A stretch of DNA of 64,000 nt from an uncultured Alphaproteobacteria bacterium (GCA_963784005.1 CAWAPT010000015.1:6005-70004), one strand, 5' to 3'; positions 7,545 to 18,362 are shown, counted from the first letter of the stretch. A program made the numbers and translations. The notes: generated by a model not told the origin, from the sequence alone.

Positions 7545-9272
7545 ATGAGCTTGACCGAGCCGCCGCCGACACTGCCGCCCGACGACAAGGGACGAGCCGG
7601 CCGCCGCCGCCCGGCGCGCACGCCGAAGGGGCGCCAGGTCGATCCCAAAGCACTCGAAGAGGTGCTCGCGCTCCTCACCGACCGGCCGCGCCGGCGTGAT
7701 TTGCTCATCGAACATCTGCACCTGATCCAAGATCACTACGGCCACTTGTCCGCCGCCCATCTCGCCGCGCTGGCGCAGGAGATGCGGCTCGCGCTCACCG
7801 AGGTCTATGAGGTCGCGACCTTCTACGCCCATTTCGATGTGGTGAAGGAAGGCGAGACGCCGCCGCCGCCCGTCACCGTCCGGGTGTGCGATTCATTATC
7901 CTGCGCCCTGGCCGGTTCCGAGCATCTGCTCGACGCTTTGCCGAAAAAGCTCGGTGCCGGCGTGCGCGTGGTGCGTGCGCCCTGCATGGGCGCCTGCGAT
8001 CGCGCGCCGGTCTGCGCGGTCGGTCATGTCCAGGTCATGCAAGCCGATGCCGCCAAGGTTACCGCGGCCGCCGTCAAGCCGCCGCATGCCCACGCTTATC
8101 CGACACCGAACGCGTTCGCTGCTTATGTGAAAGCCGGGGGCTATAAACTGCTCAAAGCTTGCATCGCCGGCACGCGCGGCCGCGACGATGTGATCAAGAT
8201 CGTCAGCGACGCCGGCTTGCGCGGGCTTGGCGGCGCCGGATTTCCCACAGGCCGCAAATGGTCGCTGGTGCGCGCCGAGCCGGCGCCGCGCCTGTTTGCC
8301 GTCAATTGCGACGAAGGCGAGCCGGGCACCTTCAAGGATCGTTATTATCTCGAACGCGATCCGCATCGTTTCATCGAGGGCATGCTGATCGCGGCCTGGA
8401 TCGTCGAGGCGGCCGATACTTACCTCTATGTCCGCGACGAATATCCCGAACTGATCCTGCTGCTGCGCGATGAAATCGCCAAGGCCGAGGAAGCGGGCCT
8501 ATCGGCGCACACCAAGATCCATCTGCGCCGCGGCGCCGGTGCTTATATCTGCGGCGAAGAATCCGCGATGATCGAATCGATCGAGGGCAAGCGCGGTCTG
8601 CCGCGTCATCGGCCGCCCTATCTGGCCCAGGTCGGGCTGTTCGGCCGGCCGACGCTCGAACAGAATGTCGAGACGCTTTATTGGATTCGCGACCTGGTCG
8701 AGAAAGGCCCCGACTGGTTCACCGCGCAGGGCCGTCACGACCGCAGGGGCTTTCGCAGCTTCTCAGTCTCAGGCCGGGTCAAGAATCCGGGGGTAAAACT
8801 CGCCCCCGCAGGCGTCACGGCGCGCGAACTGATCGAGGAGTTTTGCGGCGGCATGGCCCAAGGTCACGCCTTCAAAGGCTACCTGCCGGGCGGTGCCTCC
8901 GGCGGCATCCTGCCGGCCGCCATGGCCGACATCCCGCTCGATTTCGGCACCCTGGAAAAATACGGCTGCTTCGTCGGCTCCCACGCGGTTGTGATCCTGT
9001 CCGACAAGGACGATATGAAGGCTGTGGCGCTCAACCTCATCAAATTCTTCGAGGACGAGAGTTGCGGGCAGTGTACGCCATGCCGGGTCGGCACCGAGAA
9101 GGCGGCGCACCTCATGGCCCAAGGGCCATGGGATCCTGCCCTCCTCGATGAGCTGTCGGCCTTGATGCGCGACGCCTCGATCTGCGGCCTCGGCCAGGCG
9201 GCGCCCAATCCTTTGCTTTGTGTGCTAAAATACTTTCCCGATGAACTAACCAAGCCGCTGGGACATTGGTGA
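7545..9272 (+). CDS. fdsB: NAD-dependent formate dehydrogenase beta subunit (fused NuoE-like + NuoF-like, FdsG-FdsB type)
   Basis: NuoE-like 2Fe-2S domain (VRVCDSLSCALAG ... APCMGACDRAP), FMN/NADH site (GAGAYICGEESAMIESIEGKRG), and 4Fe-4S motif ESCGQCTPCR. Confidence 0.9.
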   Translation: MSLTEPPPTLPPDDKGRAGRRRPARTPKGRQVDPKALEEVLALLTDRPRRRDLLIEHLHLIQDHYGHLSAAHLAALAQEMRLALTEVYEVATFYAHFDVVKEGETPPPPVTVRVCDSLSCALAGSEHLLDALPKKLGAGVRVVRAPCMGACDRAPVCAVGHVQVMQADAAKVTAAAVKPPHAHAYPTPNAFAAYVKAGGYKLLKACIAGTRGRDDVIKIVSDAGLRGLGGAGFPTGRKWSLVRAEPAPRLFAVNCDEGEPGTFKDRYYLERDPHRFIEGMLIAAWIVEAADTYLYVRDEYPELILLLRDEIAKAEEAGLSAHTKIHLRRGAGAYICGEESAMIESIEGKRGLPRHRPPYLAQVGLFGRPTLEQNVETLYWIRDLVEKGPDWFTAQGRHDRRGFRSFSVSGRVKNPGVKLAPAGVTARELIEEFCGGMAQGHAFKGYLPGGASGGILPAAMADIPLDFGTLEKYGCFVGSHAVVILSDKDDMKAVALNLIKFFEDESCGQCTPCRVGTEKAAHLMAQGPWDPALLDELSALMRDASICGLGQAAPNPLLCVLKYFPDELTKPLGHW

Positions 9273-9290
9273 ATATATAGGGTTTACGCG

Positions 9291-12227
9291 ATGAACGATG
9301 GCAACGGACGAAAACCAGTCGGCTACGGCCACGACAAGAAGGGCGCCGCGGGCGGTGCCGACTACGGCCACGGCAAGCCGGGTGTGGCGCACACGGCACC
9401 GGCCGATAAGCCCGCTGGCAAGGGCGAAGCCAGCGCCACCAAGCCTTCGGCCAACAAGACCTTCACCATCGACGAACGCGAGATCGATATCCGCGAAGGC
9501 GAGACGATTTTCAACGCCGCGCGCCGTCTCGCTATCGATCTGCCGCACCTGTGCTATTCGCCGCAGCCCGGCTATCGGCCGGACGGCAATTGCCGCGTCT
9601 GCATGGTCGAGATCGAGGGCGAGCGCGTGCTGGCCGCAAGCTGCATCCGCACGCCTTCGCCCGGCATGAAGGTCAAGACCCAGACCGATCGCGCCAAAAC
9701 CGCACGCAAGATGGTCGCCGAGCTGTTGCTCACCGATCAGCCCGATCAGGCCCACGCGCACGATCCCAATTCCGAAATGTGGAAAGTCGCGACGCGGATG
9801 GGCCTTAAACAGGGCCGCTTCCCGAAGCGTGAAGCGATCATCGTGCCGGCGCCCGACCGCAGCCATGTGGCGATGGCGGTCAATCTCGATGCCTGCATCC
9901 AATGCAATCTCTGCGTCCGCGCCTGCCGCGAAGTGCAGGTCAACGACGTCATCGGCATGGCCGGCCGCGGCCATGGCGAGAAGATCGTGTTCGACTTCGA
10001 CGATCCGATGGGAGGGTCGACCTGCGTCGCCTGCGGCGAATGCGTGCAGGCCTGCCCGACCGGCGCGCTGATGCCGGCGACGATGGTGGATGACAACAAC
10101 GTCTATAAAGGCAAGCCCGACTACACCGTCGACAGCGTCTGCCCCTATTGCGGCGTCGGCTGCCAGCTCACTTATCAGATCAAGGACGACAAGATTGCCG
10201 CCGTCACCGGCCGCAACGGTCCGGCCAACGAGAACCGGCTCTGCGTCAAAGGCCGCTTCGGCTTCGACTATGTGCACAATCCGCAACGCCTCTTGAAGCC
10301 GATGATTCGCAAGGACGGCGTGCCCAAGGTGGCGCACGAGTTCATCGACCCGTCGAATCCGTGGACGCATTTCCGCGAGGCGACGTGGGACGAGGCGCTC
10401 GACCGCGCCGCCGAGGGCTTGAAGAAAATCCGCGACCGCGACGGCCCGAACGCGCTGGCCGGCTTCGGCTCGGCCAAAGGTTCGAACGAGGAAGCCTATC
10501 TATTCCAGAAACTGGTGCGCACCGGTTTCGGCACCAATAATGTCGATCACTGCACGCGGCTGTGCCATGCCTCTTCGGTCGCGGCCTTGCTCGAAGGGGT
10601 CGGCTCCGCGGCGGTGACCGCGACCTTCAACGAATGCAAGAATTCCGATGTCATTATCGTCATCGGCGCCAACCCGACCGAAAACCATCCGGTCGCCGCC
10701 ACCTTCTTCAAGCAGGCCGCCAAGCGCGGCGCCAAGCTTGTCGTGATGGATCCGCGCGGGCAAGCGCTCAAGCGCCATGCCTGGCGGATGATGCAGTTCA
10801 AGAACGGCGCCGACGTCGCCATGCTCAACGCCATGCTCAACGTCATCGTGACCGAGAAGCTCTACGACCAGCAATATATCCAGACCTATGTCGAAGGCTT
10901 CGAGGCGTGGAAGGAAAATATCAAGGATTTTACGCCGGAGGAGATGGCGCCGATCTGCGGCGTCCCCGCCGACACGCTGCGTGAGGTCGCGCGCACCTAT
11001 GCGCGCGCGCAGAGCGCCATCATCTTCTGGGGCATGGGCGTTTCGCAGCACACCCACGGCACCGACAATGCGCGCTGCCTGATCGCGCTGTCGCTGATCA
11101 CCGGCCAGATCGGCCGACCCGGCACCGGGCTGCATCCGCTGCGCGGCCAGAACAACGTGCAGGGCGCGTCCGACGCCGGCCTCATCCCGATGTTCTTCCC
11201 TGACTACAGGTCGGTGGAGAATCCGGACATTCGCGCCGAATATGAGAAGGCCTGGGGCGTCAAGCTCGATCCGAAAAAGGGCAAGACCGTGGTCGAGATC
11301 ATGGACGCGGTCCACCACGACGAGATCAAGGGCATGTATATCGAGGGCGAAAACCCGGCGATGTCGGATCCCGACCTCAACCACGCCCGCCAGGCGCTCG
11401 CGCATCTCGAGCATCTGGTGGTGCAGGACCTCTTCCTCACCGAGACAGCGGTCTATGCCGACGTGGTGCTGCCGGCCTCCGCTTGGCCGGAGAAGGACGG
11501 CACCGTCACCAACACCAATCGCCAAGTGCAGATGGGCCGCCAGGCGCTGCCGTTGCCGGGCGACACGCGTCACGATTTGTGGATCATCCAGGAAATCGCC
11601 AACCGATTGGGTTGCGGCTGGACCTACAAGCATGTCAGCGAAGTCTTCACCGAGATGGCGGCGATGATGCCGGCGCTCGCCAATATCAGCTGGGACCGTG
11701 TCGAACGCGAAAACGCCGTGACCTATCCGACCGATGGGCCGGACCAGCCGGGCCGCGACGTCGTGTTCGACAAAGGTTTCCCGCGGCCGGGCGGTTTTGC
11801 CAAACTGGTAGCGACCAAGCTTGCGCCGCCGGACGAAGTGCCGGACGAAGACTATCCGTTCATCCTCACCACCGGCCGGGAGCTCGAACACTGGCACACC
11901 GGCGCGATGACGCGCCGCGCCACTGTGCTCGACGCGCTCGAGCCGGGTGCGGTCGCGTCGGTGTCGCGCGGTACCATCGAGAAACTCGGCATCAAACCGG
12001 GCGATCCGATCCGCGTCGCCACCCGCCGCGGCACGGTCGAGCTATACTCGCGCCAGGACGACGCCATTCCGGACGGCGTGGTGTTCATTCCCTTCGCCTT
12101 TGTCGAAGCGGCGGCGAACCTGCTGACCAATCCCAAGCTCGATCCGTTCGGTAAGATTCCCGAATTCAAGTTCTGCGCGGCGAAGGTCGAGGCGATCGAT
12201 CCGGCGGCACGGGTGGCCGCGGAGTAG
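9291..12227 (+). CDS. fdsA: NAD-dependent formate dehydrogenase alpha subunit (molybdopterin)
   Basis: 2Fe-2S (CRVCMVEIEG), two ferredoxin-type 4Fe-4S (CIQCNLCVRAC, CVACGECVQACP), Mo-bisPGD 4Fe-4S (CPYCGVGCQL), and an active-site region HCTRLCHASSV with Cys rather than Sec. The start is uncertain because of a Gly/Lys/Pro-rich 57-aa extension. Confidence 0.93.
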   Translation: MNDGNGRKPVGYGHDKKGAAGGADYGHGKPGVAHTAPADKPAGKGEASATKPSANKTFTIDEREIDIREGETIFNAARRLAIDLPHLCYSPQPGYRPDGNCRVCMVEIEGERVLAASCIRTPSPGMKVKTQTDRAKTARKMVAELLLTDQPDQAHAHDPNSEMWKVATRMGLKQGRFPKREAIIVPAPDRSHVAMAVNLDACIQCNLCVRACREVQVNDVIGMAGRGHGEKIVFDFDDPMGGSTCVACGECVQACPTGALMPATMVDDNNVYKGKPDYTVDSVCPYCGVGCQLTYQIKDDKIAAVTGRNGPANENRLCVKGRFGFDYVHNPQRLLKPMIRKDGVPKVAHEFIDPSNPWTHFREATWDEALDRAAEGLKKIRDRDGPNALAGFGSAKGSNEEAYLFQKLVRTGFGTNNVDHCTRLCHASSVAALLEGVGSAAVTATFNECKNSDVIIVIGANPTENHPVAATFFKQAAKRGAKLVVMDPRGQALKRHAWRMMQFKNGADVAMLNAMLNVIVTEKLYDQQYIQTYVEGFEAWKENIKDFTPEEMAPICGVPADTLREVARTYARAQSAIIFWGMGVSQHTHGTDNARCLIALSLITGQIGRPGTGLHPLRGQNNVQGASDAGLIPMFFPDYRSVENPDIRAEYEKAWGVKLDPKKGKTVVEIMDAVHHDEIKGMYIEGENPAMSDPDLNHARQALAHLEHLVVQDLFLTETAVYADVVLPASAWPEKDGTVTNTNRQVQMGRQALPLPGDTRHDLWIIQEIANRLGCGWTYKHVSEVFTEMAAMMPALANISWDRVERENAVTYPTDGPDQPGRDVVFDKGFPRPGGFAKLVATKLAPPDEVPDEDYPFILTTGRELEHWHTGAMTRRATVLDALEPGAVASVSRGTIEKLGIKPGDPIRVATRRGTVELYSRQDDAIPDGVVFIPFAFVEAAANLLTNPKLDPFGKIPEFKFCAAKVEAIDPAARVAAE

Positions 12228-12296
12228 GCGCGCAGCGGTTGGCGGAAACGACGTTCATGAGAGTTGTTCAACTCCGTCGGGGCGGCGCGTACCGCG

Positions 12297-12640
12297 ATGA
12301 GCAATAACGACCCGCATGACGCGATCGAGCGCCTTGAGGCGGATATCGAAGATCTCGCCGCCAAGATCGAGAACTGCCGCAAATTCATCTGGGCTGGGCG
12401 GATCGCGATGGTGGGTGGCACCATTGTCCTTGCTGCAATTTTGCTTGGCGCAATCCGGTCCGATCTGACATGGATGGCGGGCGCGATGGCTGCGATCCTC
12501 GGCGGCATCGTCGTGTTCGGATCCAACGACAGCACCGCAAAAGAAGCGGCGAATGAAATGGCCGCGGCCGAGGCCAGTCGCGCCGCGCTGATCGGCTCGA
12601 TCGATCTGCGGGTTGTCCCCCGCGCCCGACATTACATTAG
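12297..12640 (+). pseudogene. small two-TM hypothetical protein; natural stop reachable only after a 1-nt correction in a C5 tract
   Basis: [30 protein letters not shown] followed by two hydrophobic helices. As written the frame never stops and runs on to 13991. One extra C in CCCCC (12617-12621) gives ...IDLRVVPPRPTLH then TAG at 12638-12640. Confidence 0.45.
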
Positions 12641-12649
12641 GCCGCAGCG

Positions 12650-12895
12650 CTACTTCTTTTCGTCCTTGAAATACGCCTCGACCGGCCCGGTGAGCTTGAT
12701 CAGCAGCGGGTTGCCATGGCGATCCTTGGTCTTGCCGGCCTCGACGCGGATCCAGCCCTCGCTCACGCAATATTCCGTGACGTTGGTCTTCTCGGCGCCT
12801 TTGAAGCGTATGCCGACGTCGCGCTCGAGCGCCTTGGCGTCGAAATACGGGCTGCGCGGATCGGTGGAGAGACGGTCGGGCGGGGATTTGGGCAT
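12650..12895 (-). CDS. DUF3297-family small protein
   Basis: 81 aa: [51 protein letters not shown]... I recognise this as the conserved DUF3297 family of alpha/beta-proteobacteria. Confidence 0.75.
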   Translation of the reverse strand: MPKSPPDRLSTDPRSPYFDAKALERDVGIRFKGAEKTNVTEYCVSEGWIRVEAGKTKDRHGNPLLIKLTGPVEAYFKDEKK

Positions 12896-12956
12896 CGCTG
12901 TCCTCTGCCTAGCTTACGGACTTTCCGCAAGGGGGACCGTGGGTTACACTGGCATA

Positions 12957-13991
12957 ATGTCTCTTGCCGCCGATTCCCTGCCGCCATTCCCGGCCTTAGG
13001 CTTGCCGCGTCACGACTGGACGCGCGGCGAGGTGGGCGCGCTGTTCGATCTGCCGTTTCCGGAGCTGATGTTCCAGGCGCAGAGCGCGCATCGGGCGAAT
13101 TTCGATCCGACCGAGGTGCAGATTTCGACGCTGTTGTCGATCAAGACCGGCGGCTGTCCGGAGGATTGCGCCTATTGCCCGCAAAGCGCGCGCTACGACA
13201 CCGGCGTGCGCGCGGAAAAGCTGATGGCGCTCGACGCCGTGCTGGCGGAAGCGCGCGCCGCGAAAAGCGCCGGCGCCAGCCGCTTCTGTATGGGCGCGGC
13301 CTGGCGCGAGCCGAAGGACCGCGACCTCGACACTGTTTGCGCGATGGTGGAGGGGGTGCGGGCGCTGGGGCTCGAAACCTGCGCCACGCTCGGCATGCTG
13401 ACCGCGCCGCAAGCACGCCGGCTGAAAGGCGCCGGGCTCGATTACTACAACCACAATCTCGATACTTCGCCCGAGTTCTACGACCGCATCATCACCACGC
13501 GGACCTACCAGGACCGCCTGGAGACGCTCGATCACGTGCGCGGCGCCGGCATCCATGTCTGCTGCGGCGGCATCGTCGGCATGGGCGAGACGCGCGGAGA
13601 TCGGATCGGCATGATCGCCGTACTGGCGAGCTTGCCGGTGCATCCGGAATCGGTGCCGATCAACATGCTGGTCAAGGTCGCCGGCACGCCGCTCGCTGGC
13701 CAAGGTATTTCAGATTCGGGCGCGTTTGACCCGCTCGAATTCGTGCGCACCATCGCCGTCGCCCGCATTACCATGCCGCGCTCAGTGGTGCGGCTTTCTG
13801 CCGGCCGCGAGGACATGAGCGAAGAGACCCAGGCTTTGTGTTTCCTGGCCGGCGCCAATTCGATCTTTTATGGGCCGAAATTATTGACGACGCCAAATCC
13901 CGGGCGCGACCGCGATCGCGAATTGATGGATAAGCTCGGCTTGGCGCCGATGGGGCCGACACAGACCGACAGTCAGTTCGGCAATTCATGA
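12957..13991 (+). CDS. bioB: biotin synthase
   Basis: Radical-SAM [11 protein letters not shown], plus [22 protein letters not shown] and [10 protein letters not shown], collinear with E. coli BioB. Internal ATG 12957 was chosen because the upstream part of the 575-aa track ORF lies antisense to DUF3297. Confidence 0.93.
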   Translation: MSLAADSLPPFPALGLPRHDWTRGEVGALFDLPFPELMFQAQSAHRANFDPTEVQISTLLSIKTGGCPEDCAYCPQSARYDTGVRAEKLMALDAVLAEARAAKSAGASRFCMGAAWREPKDRDLDTVCAMVEGVRALGLETCATLGMLTAPQARRLKGAGLDYYNHNLDTSPEFYDRIITTRTYQDRLETLDHVRGAGIHVCCGGIVGMGETRGDRIGMIAVLASLPVHPESVPINMLVKVAGTPLAGQGISDSGAFDPLEFVRTIAVARITMPRSVVRLSAGREDMSEETQALCFLAGANSIFYGPKLLTTPNPGRDRDRELMDKLGLAPMGPTQTDSQFGNS

Positions 13992-14650
13992 CGCCAGAAC
14001 AAGTCGCCGGAGACCGCAAGCGTCCCGCGCTGCTCGCCACGCTTTGCGTCATTGTCGTTGCCGCGGTCGCACTGTCAGCCGCCGCGCTTGCCGAGCCGCC
14101 AAGCGATATCCTGAGCCGGGATAGCGTGCTGCGCGATCCCGATATTCCTTCTTTGGGAAATCCGAACGGCAACCTGACCGTTGTCGAATTTTTCGACTAC
14201 CAGTGCCCGTATTGCAAGAAGCTGGCGCCGGAGCTCGCAAAACTCGTACAGGACGACGGCAATATCAGGATTGTGCTGAAGGATTGGCCGATCTTCGGTG
14301 AGGCTTCTGTGTTCGCCGCCCGGTTGGCTTTGGCGTCGAAATATCAAAACAAATATTCGCAAGCCCACGACGCCTTGATCGGCGCGAATACCAAGCTGAC
14401 CGAGGCTGCGGTCAACGACCTTCTCGCCAAGGCCGGTATCGATGTCGCCGCGGCGGCATCGGATCTGCAAACGCATCAAAAGTCGATCGATGATCTGTTG
14501 GCCCGCAACAGCGCGCAAGCCGAGGCGTTCGGATTTGACGGCACGCCGGGCTTCATCGTCGGCACGTTCCGGATTCCCGGCGTGCTGGACATGAATGTCT
14601 TCAAGCAAGTGGTGGCCGATGCCCGCGCGGCGGCGAAGAAGCAGCACTGA
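13988..14650 (+). CDS. DsbA-family thiol:disulfide oxidoreductase, membrane-anchored or secreted
   Basis: N-terminal hydrophobic segment, then [12 protein letters not shown] (CxxC) and a DsbA-like helical insert. The ATG overlaps the bioB stop (ATGA). Confidence 0.8.
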   Translation: MTPEQVAGDRKRPALLATLCVIVVAAVALSAAALAEPPSDILSRDSVLRDPDIPSLGNPNGNLTVVEFFDYQCPYCKKLAPELAKLVQDDGNIRIVLKDWPIFGEASVFAARLALASKYQNKYSQAHDALIGANTKLTEAAVNDLLAKAGIDVAAAASDLQTHQKSIDDLLARNSAQAEAFGFDGTPGFIVGTFRIPGVLDMNVFKQVVADARAAAKKQH

Positions 14651-14666
14651 TCATGGGCGACGACGA

Positions 14667-16263
14667 TTACGCGCCCGCCGCTCCGCCATCCGCCCGCGGA
14701 TCGTGGGCGGCTTCGCAACTGCCGTCCTTGTGCAGCACCGCCGCGCCGGCGTGGCCCATGACGTCGGAATAGGGCTCCGGCAAAACCTCGACATCGTGGC
14801 CGGCTGCGGCAAGCGCCTCGATCACGTTGCCGTCGAAGCGCCGTTCCAGGCGCAGCGCCGTCCGCGCCGCGCCCCAGGTGCGGCCGAGCACCCAGCGCGG
14901 GCGATCGAGGGCGTCCGCTAGCGACTCGCGGAAATTGACATAGCGCGTGAACACGGCGCCTTGGGTTTGCGGCTGGCCGTCGCCGCCCATGCAGCCATAA
15001 GCCATGATGCGGCCGTCTTTGAGCACCGCGAGCGCCGGGTTGAGCGTGTGGAACGGCAGCCGGCCGGGCACGAGATAATTCAGCGCGCCGGCTTGCAGTG
15101 AAAAACTCGCGCCGCGGTTTTGCATCAGCACGCCGGTTGCCGGCAGCACGCAGCCGGAGCCGAACTCCCAATAAAGCGATTGGATGTAGGAGACGACAAG
15201 GCCGCTGGCGTCGGCAGAGCCCATCCAGATCGTGTCGCCGGCGCCGGCGCCGGCGGCGGGCGGCCAGGGCGCGGCTTTATTGCGGTCGATCTCCATCGCC
15301 TCACTGGCGATGAAACGCTCCTCGAGAACAGCGGTCGAGCGCATGCGCCAGATAATGCGGGTCGGTGACGACGCGGTCGCGCACGCGCAACGCCCGCCTG
15401 GTCGCCTCGACCAGGCCATGGATGTGATCGAAACCTTCCGCTTCCGTCACCTTCAATCGCGCGAACAGCGCGAGAATCATCAACGAAACCACGCCTTGGG
15501 TTGGCGCATCGGTATTGTAGACGGTGCCAAACGGTAGATCGACGTGCAGCGGTTCGGCGAAGCTCGCGGTGTAACGCGACAAATCGTTGCGCGTCACTGG
15601 ACTGCCGATGCGTTCGAGATCGGCGGCAATTTCGCGGCCGACGTCGCCACGATAAAAATCGTCGAGGCCGGCGCGCGCCAGATGATCGAGCGTTTGCGCC
15701 AAGGCCGCCTGCTTGAGTTTGGCGCCGACCGCTGGCGGTTTGCCGTCGAGCAAAAAAGTCGCGGCGAAACCCGGCACGTCCTTAAGTTCGGCCAAATGGG
15801 CTGCCGTCAGCCGCGCTTGGCTGCGCGTCACCGCATAGCCGTCGCGGGCTTGCACGATGGCCGCCGCCAGCACCACTTCGAGCGGCAATCTGCCGCCGGT
15901 CGCTTTCGCCATTTCGAGTGCCAGCAGCCAGCCGCCGATGGTGCCGGGCACGGTGAGCGCGGCGCGCGGTCCGCGGGGCGGGATGGTCTCGCACTCGCGA
16001 TAAAGCTCGGGCTTCGCTTGCTGGCCAGCGGGACCCGCCGCCATGGCGGCGCGCACGCGGCCGGACGGCAGGCGAACGAGCCAGAAGCCGTCGCCGCCGA
16101 TATGGTTCATATGCGGATAGACCGCAACGATCGAGGCCGCCATGGCGACCATCGCTTCGAGCGCGTTGCCGCCCTCGGCGAGGATTTGGCGGCCGGCTTC
16201 GACCGCGGCGAAGTGCGGCGCACAAACGACGCCGCGGCGATGGCCGGCGCTGTGCAGATCCAT
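14667..16263 (-). pseudogene. ggt: gamma-glutamyltransferase family protein, one frameshift near 15340
   Basis: The N-terminal part (15301-16263, GVVCAPHFAAVEAGRQILAEGGNA...) and the C-terminal part (14667-15419, GAGDTIWMGSADASGLVVSYIQSLYWEFGSG with the nucleophile Thr) are in different frames. The junction lies between DPHYLAHALD and STAVLEERF. Confidence 0.8.
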
Positions 16264-18362
16264 TAATTCACCGCGACCGGCGCAAAGCCGCGTTTGCGAA
16301 GGAGCGCGTTTGCGCTCGGCAGCCGGCCGCGAAAGGCTTTGTAGGCGTCGGCGGGATCCTGCGCGCCACCGGTGGCGTAGATCGTCTCGCGCAGCCGTTT
16401 AGCCGTTGCCGGATCGAAAATGTCGCCGGTTTCCTCGAACGCCGCGAACGCATCGGCATCGAGCACTTCCGACCACATATAGCTGTAATAGGCCGCGGCA
16501 TAAAAGTCGCCGGAGAAGACGTGGCCGAAGTGCGGCGACCGATGCCGCATGACGATTTCGTCGGGCATGCCGATGCGGTCGAGCGCCGCTTTTTCGAAGG
16601 CGGTGGAGTCAATGTCGCCGGGCGACGGCAGCGAGTGAAACTCGAGATCGACGACGGCCGAAGCGATGTATTCGAGCGTGCTGCATCCGACGTTGAAATT
16701 GCGCGCGGCGAGGAGCCGCTGCAGAAGTTGTTCCGGCATCGGTTCGCCGGTCTGGTAGTGCAGCGCAAACCGCCGCAGCACCTCCGGCTGTTGCAGCCAA
16801 TGCTCGTAAAGCTGCGACGGCAGTTCGACGAAATCGGTGGCGACATTGGTGCCGGAAATTTTCGGATAGGTGACGGCGGAGAGCAGGCCATGCAGCGCAT
16901 GGCCGAATTCGTGAAACAGCGTGCGCGCGTCATCGAAGCTCAAGAGCGTCGGCTCGCCGTCGGCCGCCTTGGCGAAATTGCAGACATTGACGATCAGCGG
17001 CGTAACGTCGCCCGAGAGTTTTTCCTGGTCGCGCAGCGAGGTCATCCAGGCGCCGCTGCGCTTTGACGGCCGCGCGAAATAGTCGCCGAAGAACAACCCG
17101 ATCTTCTTGCCGCCCTCGCCGCGCACCTCCCATACCCGTACGTCGGCATGCCAGGCCGGAACGTCCGGGCGCGGCAAAAAGCTCAAGCCGAACAAGCGCC
17201 GCGCCGTATAGAAAGCGGCTTCGACGATGCGATCGAGATTGAGATAGGGCTTGATTGCCGCCTCGTCGAAATCGCAGCGGCGCTGCCGCAGCTTCTCGAC
17301 GTAATAGCGCCAGTCCCAGGGCGCGAGCTTGAAATTGCCGCCGTCCTCGGTCACCAGCTCTTGCAGGGCGTCGCGATCGGCGAGCGCGCTTGCGCGCGCC
17401 GGCGCCCACACCGTGTCGAGAAGCTTGCGGACATTGGCTGGCGTTTTCGCCATCTCATCCTCGAGACGGTAAGCGGCAAAATCGGAAAAGCCAAGCAGTC
17501 GCGCGCGCTCGGCGCGCAGCCGCACTATTTCCGCGATCGCGGCCTTGTTGTCGGTCGCGCCGCCGTTGTCGCCGCGCATGATAAAGGCGCGAAAGGCTTT
17601 TTCGCGGAGCTCGCGCCGGTCGGAAAATTGCAGGAAAGGCTCGACGCTGGAGCGTGACAGCGTGACGGCATAGCCGTCGAGCCCGCGCTCCTCTGCTTCG
17701 GCGCGCATGGCCTCACGCATAAAATCCGGCAGCCCGGTAAGCTCGGCTTCCTCGATCTGGAGCGTGAAGGCTTGCTCATCGGCGAGCACATTCTGGCTGA
17801 ACGCGGTGGAGAGCGAGGCGAGGCGTTCGATGATCTCGCCAAGACGCTTTTTGCCTTCGGCGTCGAGCGCCGCGCCGGAGCGGCGGAAGCCGGTGTGATA
17901 GCGTTCGAGCACGCGCTTTTGCTCGGCATCAAGGCCGAGTTTGTCGGCGCCGCGCATGACGGTGTCGATGCGCCGGAACAGCGGCTCATTGGTGTCGATC
18001 TTGTTGAAATGCCGCGCGATCCGTGGCGACAATTCGCGCTCGATATCGAGCAGGACATCGTTGCTATGCGTGCCAGCGAGCACGTGAAAGACATTGCTGA
18101 CGCGCTCCAGCGTCTTGCCGCTTCGTTCCAGTGCCGCGACCGTATTGTCGAAATCCGGCGGAGCGGGGTCCACCGCGATGGCCGCGATTTCCGCCTCATG
18201 CTCGGCCAGCGCCCGCGCATAGGCCGGAATGAAATGTTCGGGCTCGATGCGGTCGAACGGCGCGACCCCGTCAGGGGTGGTCCAAGGCTCGAAAAACGGG
18301 TTGCCGGAAGTGGCCGGCATGGTGGCAGCGGCCGGCATGCCGGAAGGGGTGGGCTGGGTCAT
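16263..18362 (-). CDS. dcp: M3-family peptidyl-dipeptidase
   Basis: 699 aa with the zinc motif FHEFGHALHG and the typical M3 architecture. Its stop overlaps the ggt start (TAATG). Confidence 0.9.
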   Translation of the reverse strand: MTQPTPSGMPAAATMPATSGNPFFEPWTTPDGVAPFDRIEPEHFIPAYARALAEHEAEIAAIAVDPAPPDFDNTVAALERSGKTLERVSNVFHVLAGTHSNDVLLDIERELSPRIARHFNKIDTNEPLFRRIDTVMRGADKLGLDAEQKRVLERYHTGFRRSGAALDAEGKKRLGEIIERLASLSTAFSQNVLADEQAFTLQIEEAELTGLPDFMREAMRAEAEERGLDGYAVTLSRSSVEPFLQFSDRRELREKAFRAFIMRGDNGGATDNKAAIAEIVRLRAERARLLGFSDFAAYRLEDEMAKTPANVRKLLDTVWAPARASALADRDALQELVTEDGGNFKLAPWDWRYYVEKLRQRRCDFDEAAIKPYLNLDRIVEAAFYTARRLFGLSFLPRPDVPAWHADVRVWEVRGEGGKKIGLFFGDYFARPSKRSGAWMTSLRDQEKLSGDVTPLIVNVCNFAKAADGEPTLLSFDDARTLFHEFGHALHGLLSAVTYPKISGTNVATDFVELPSQLYEHWLQQPEVLRRFALHYQTGEPMPEQLLQRLLAARNFNVGCSTLEYIASAVVDLEFHSLPSPGDIDSTAFEKAALDRIGMPDEIVMRHRSPHFGHVFSGDFYAAAYYSYMWSEVLDADAFAAFEETGDIFDPATAKRLRETIYATGGAQDPADAYKAFRGRLPSANALLRKRGFAPVAVN

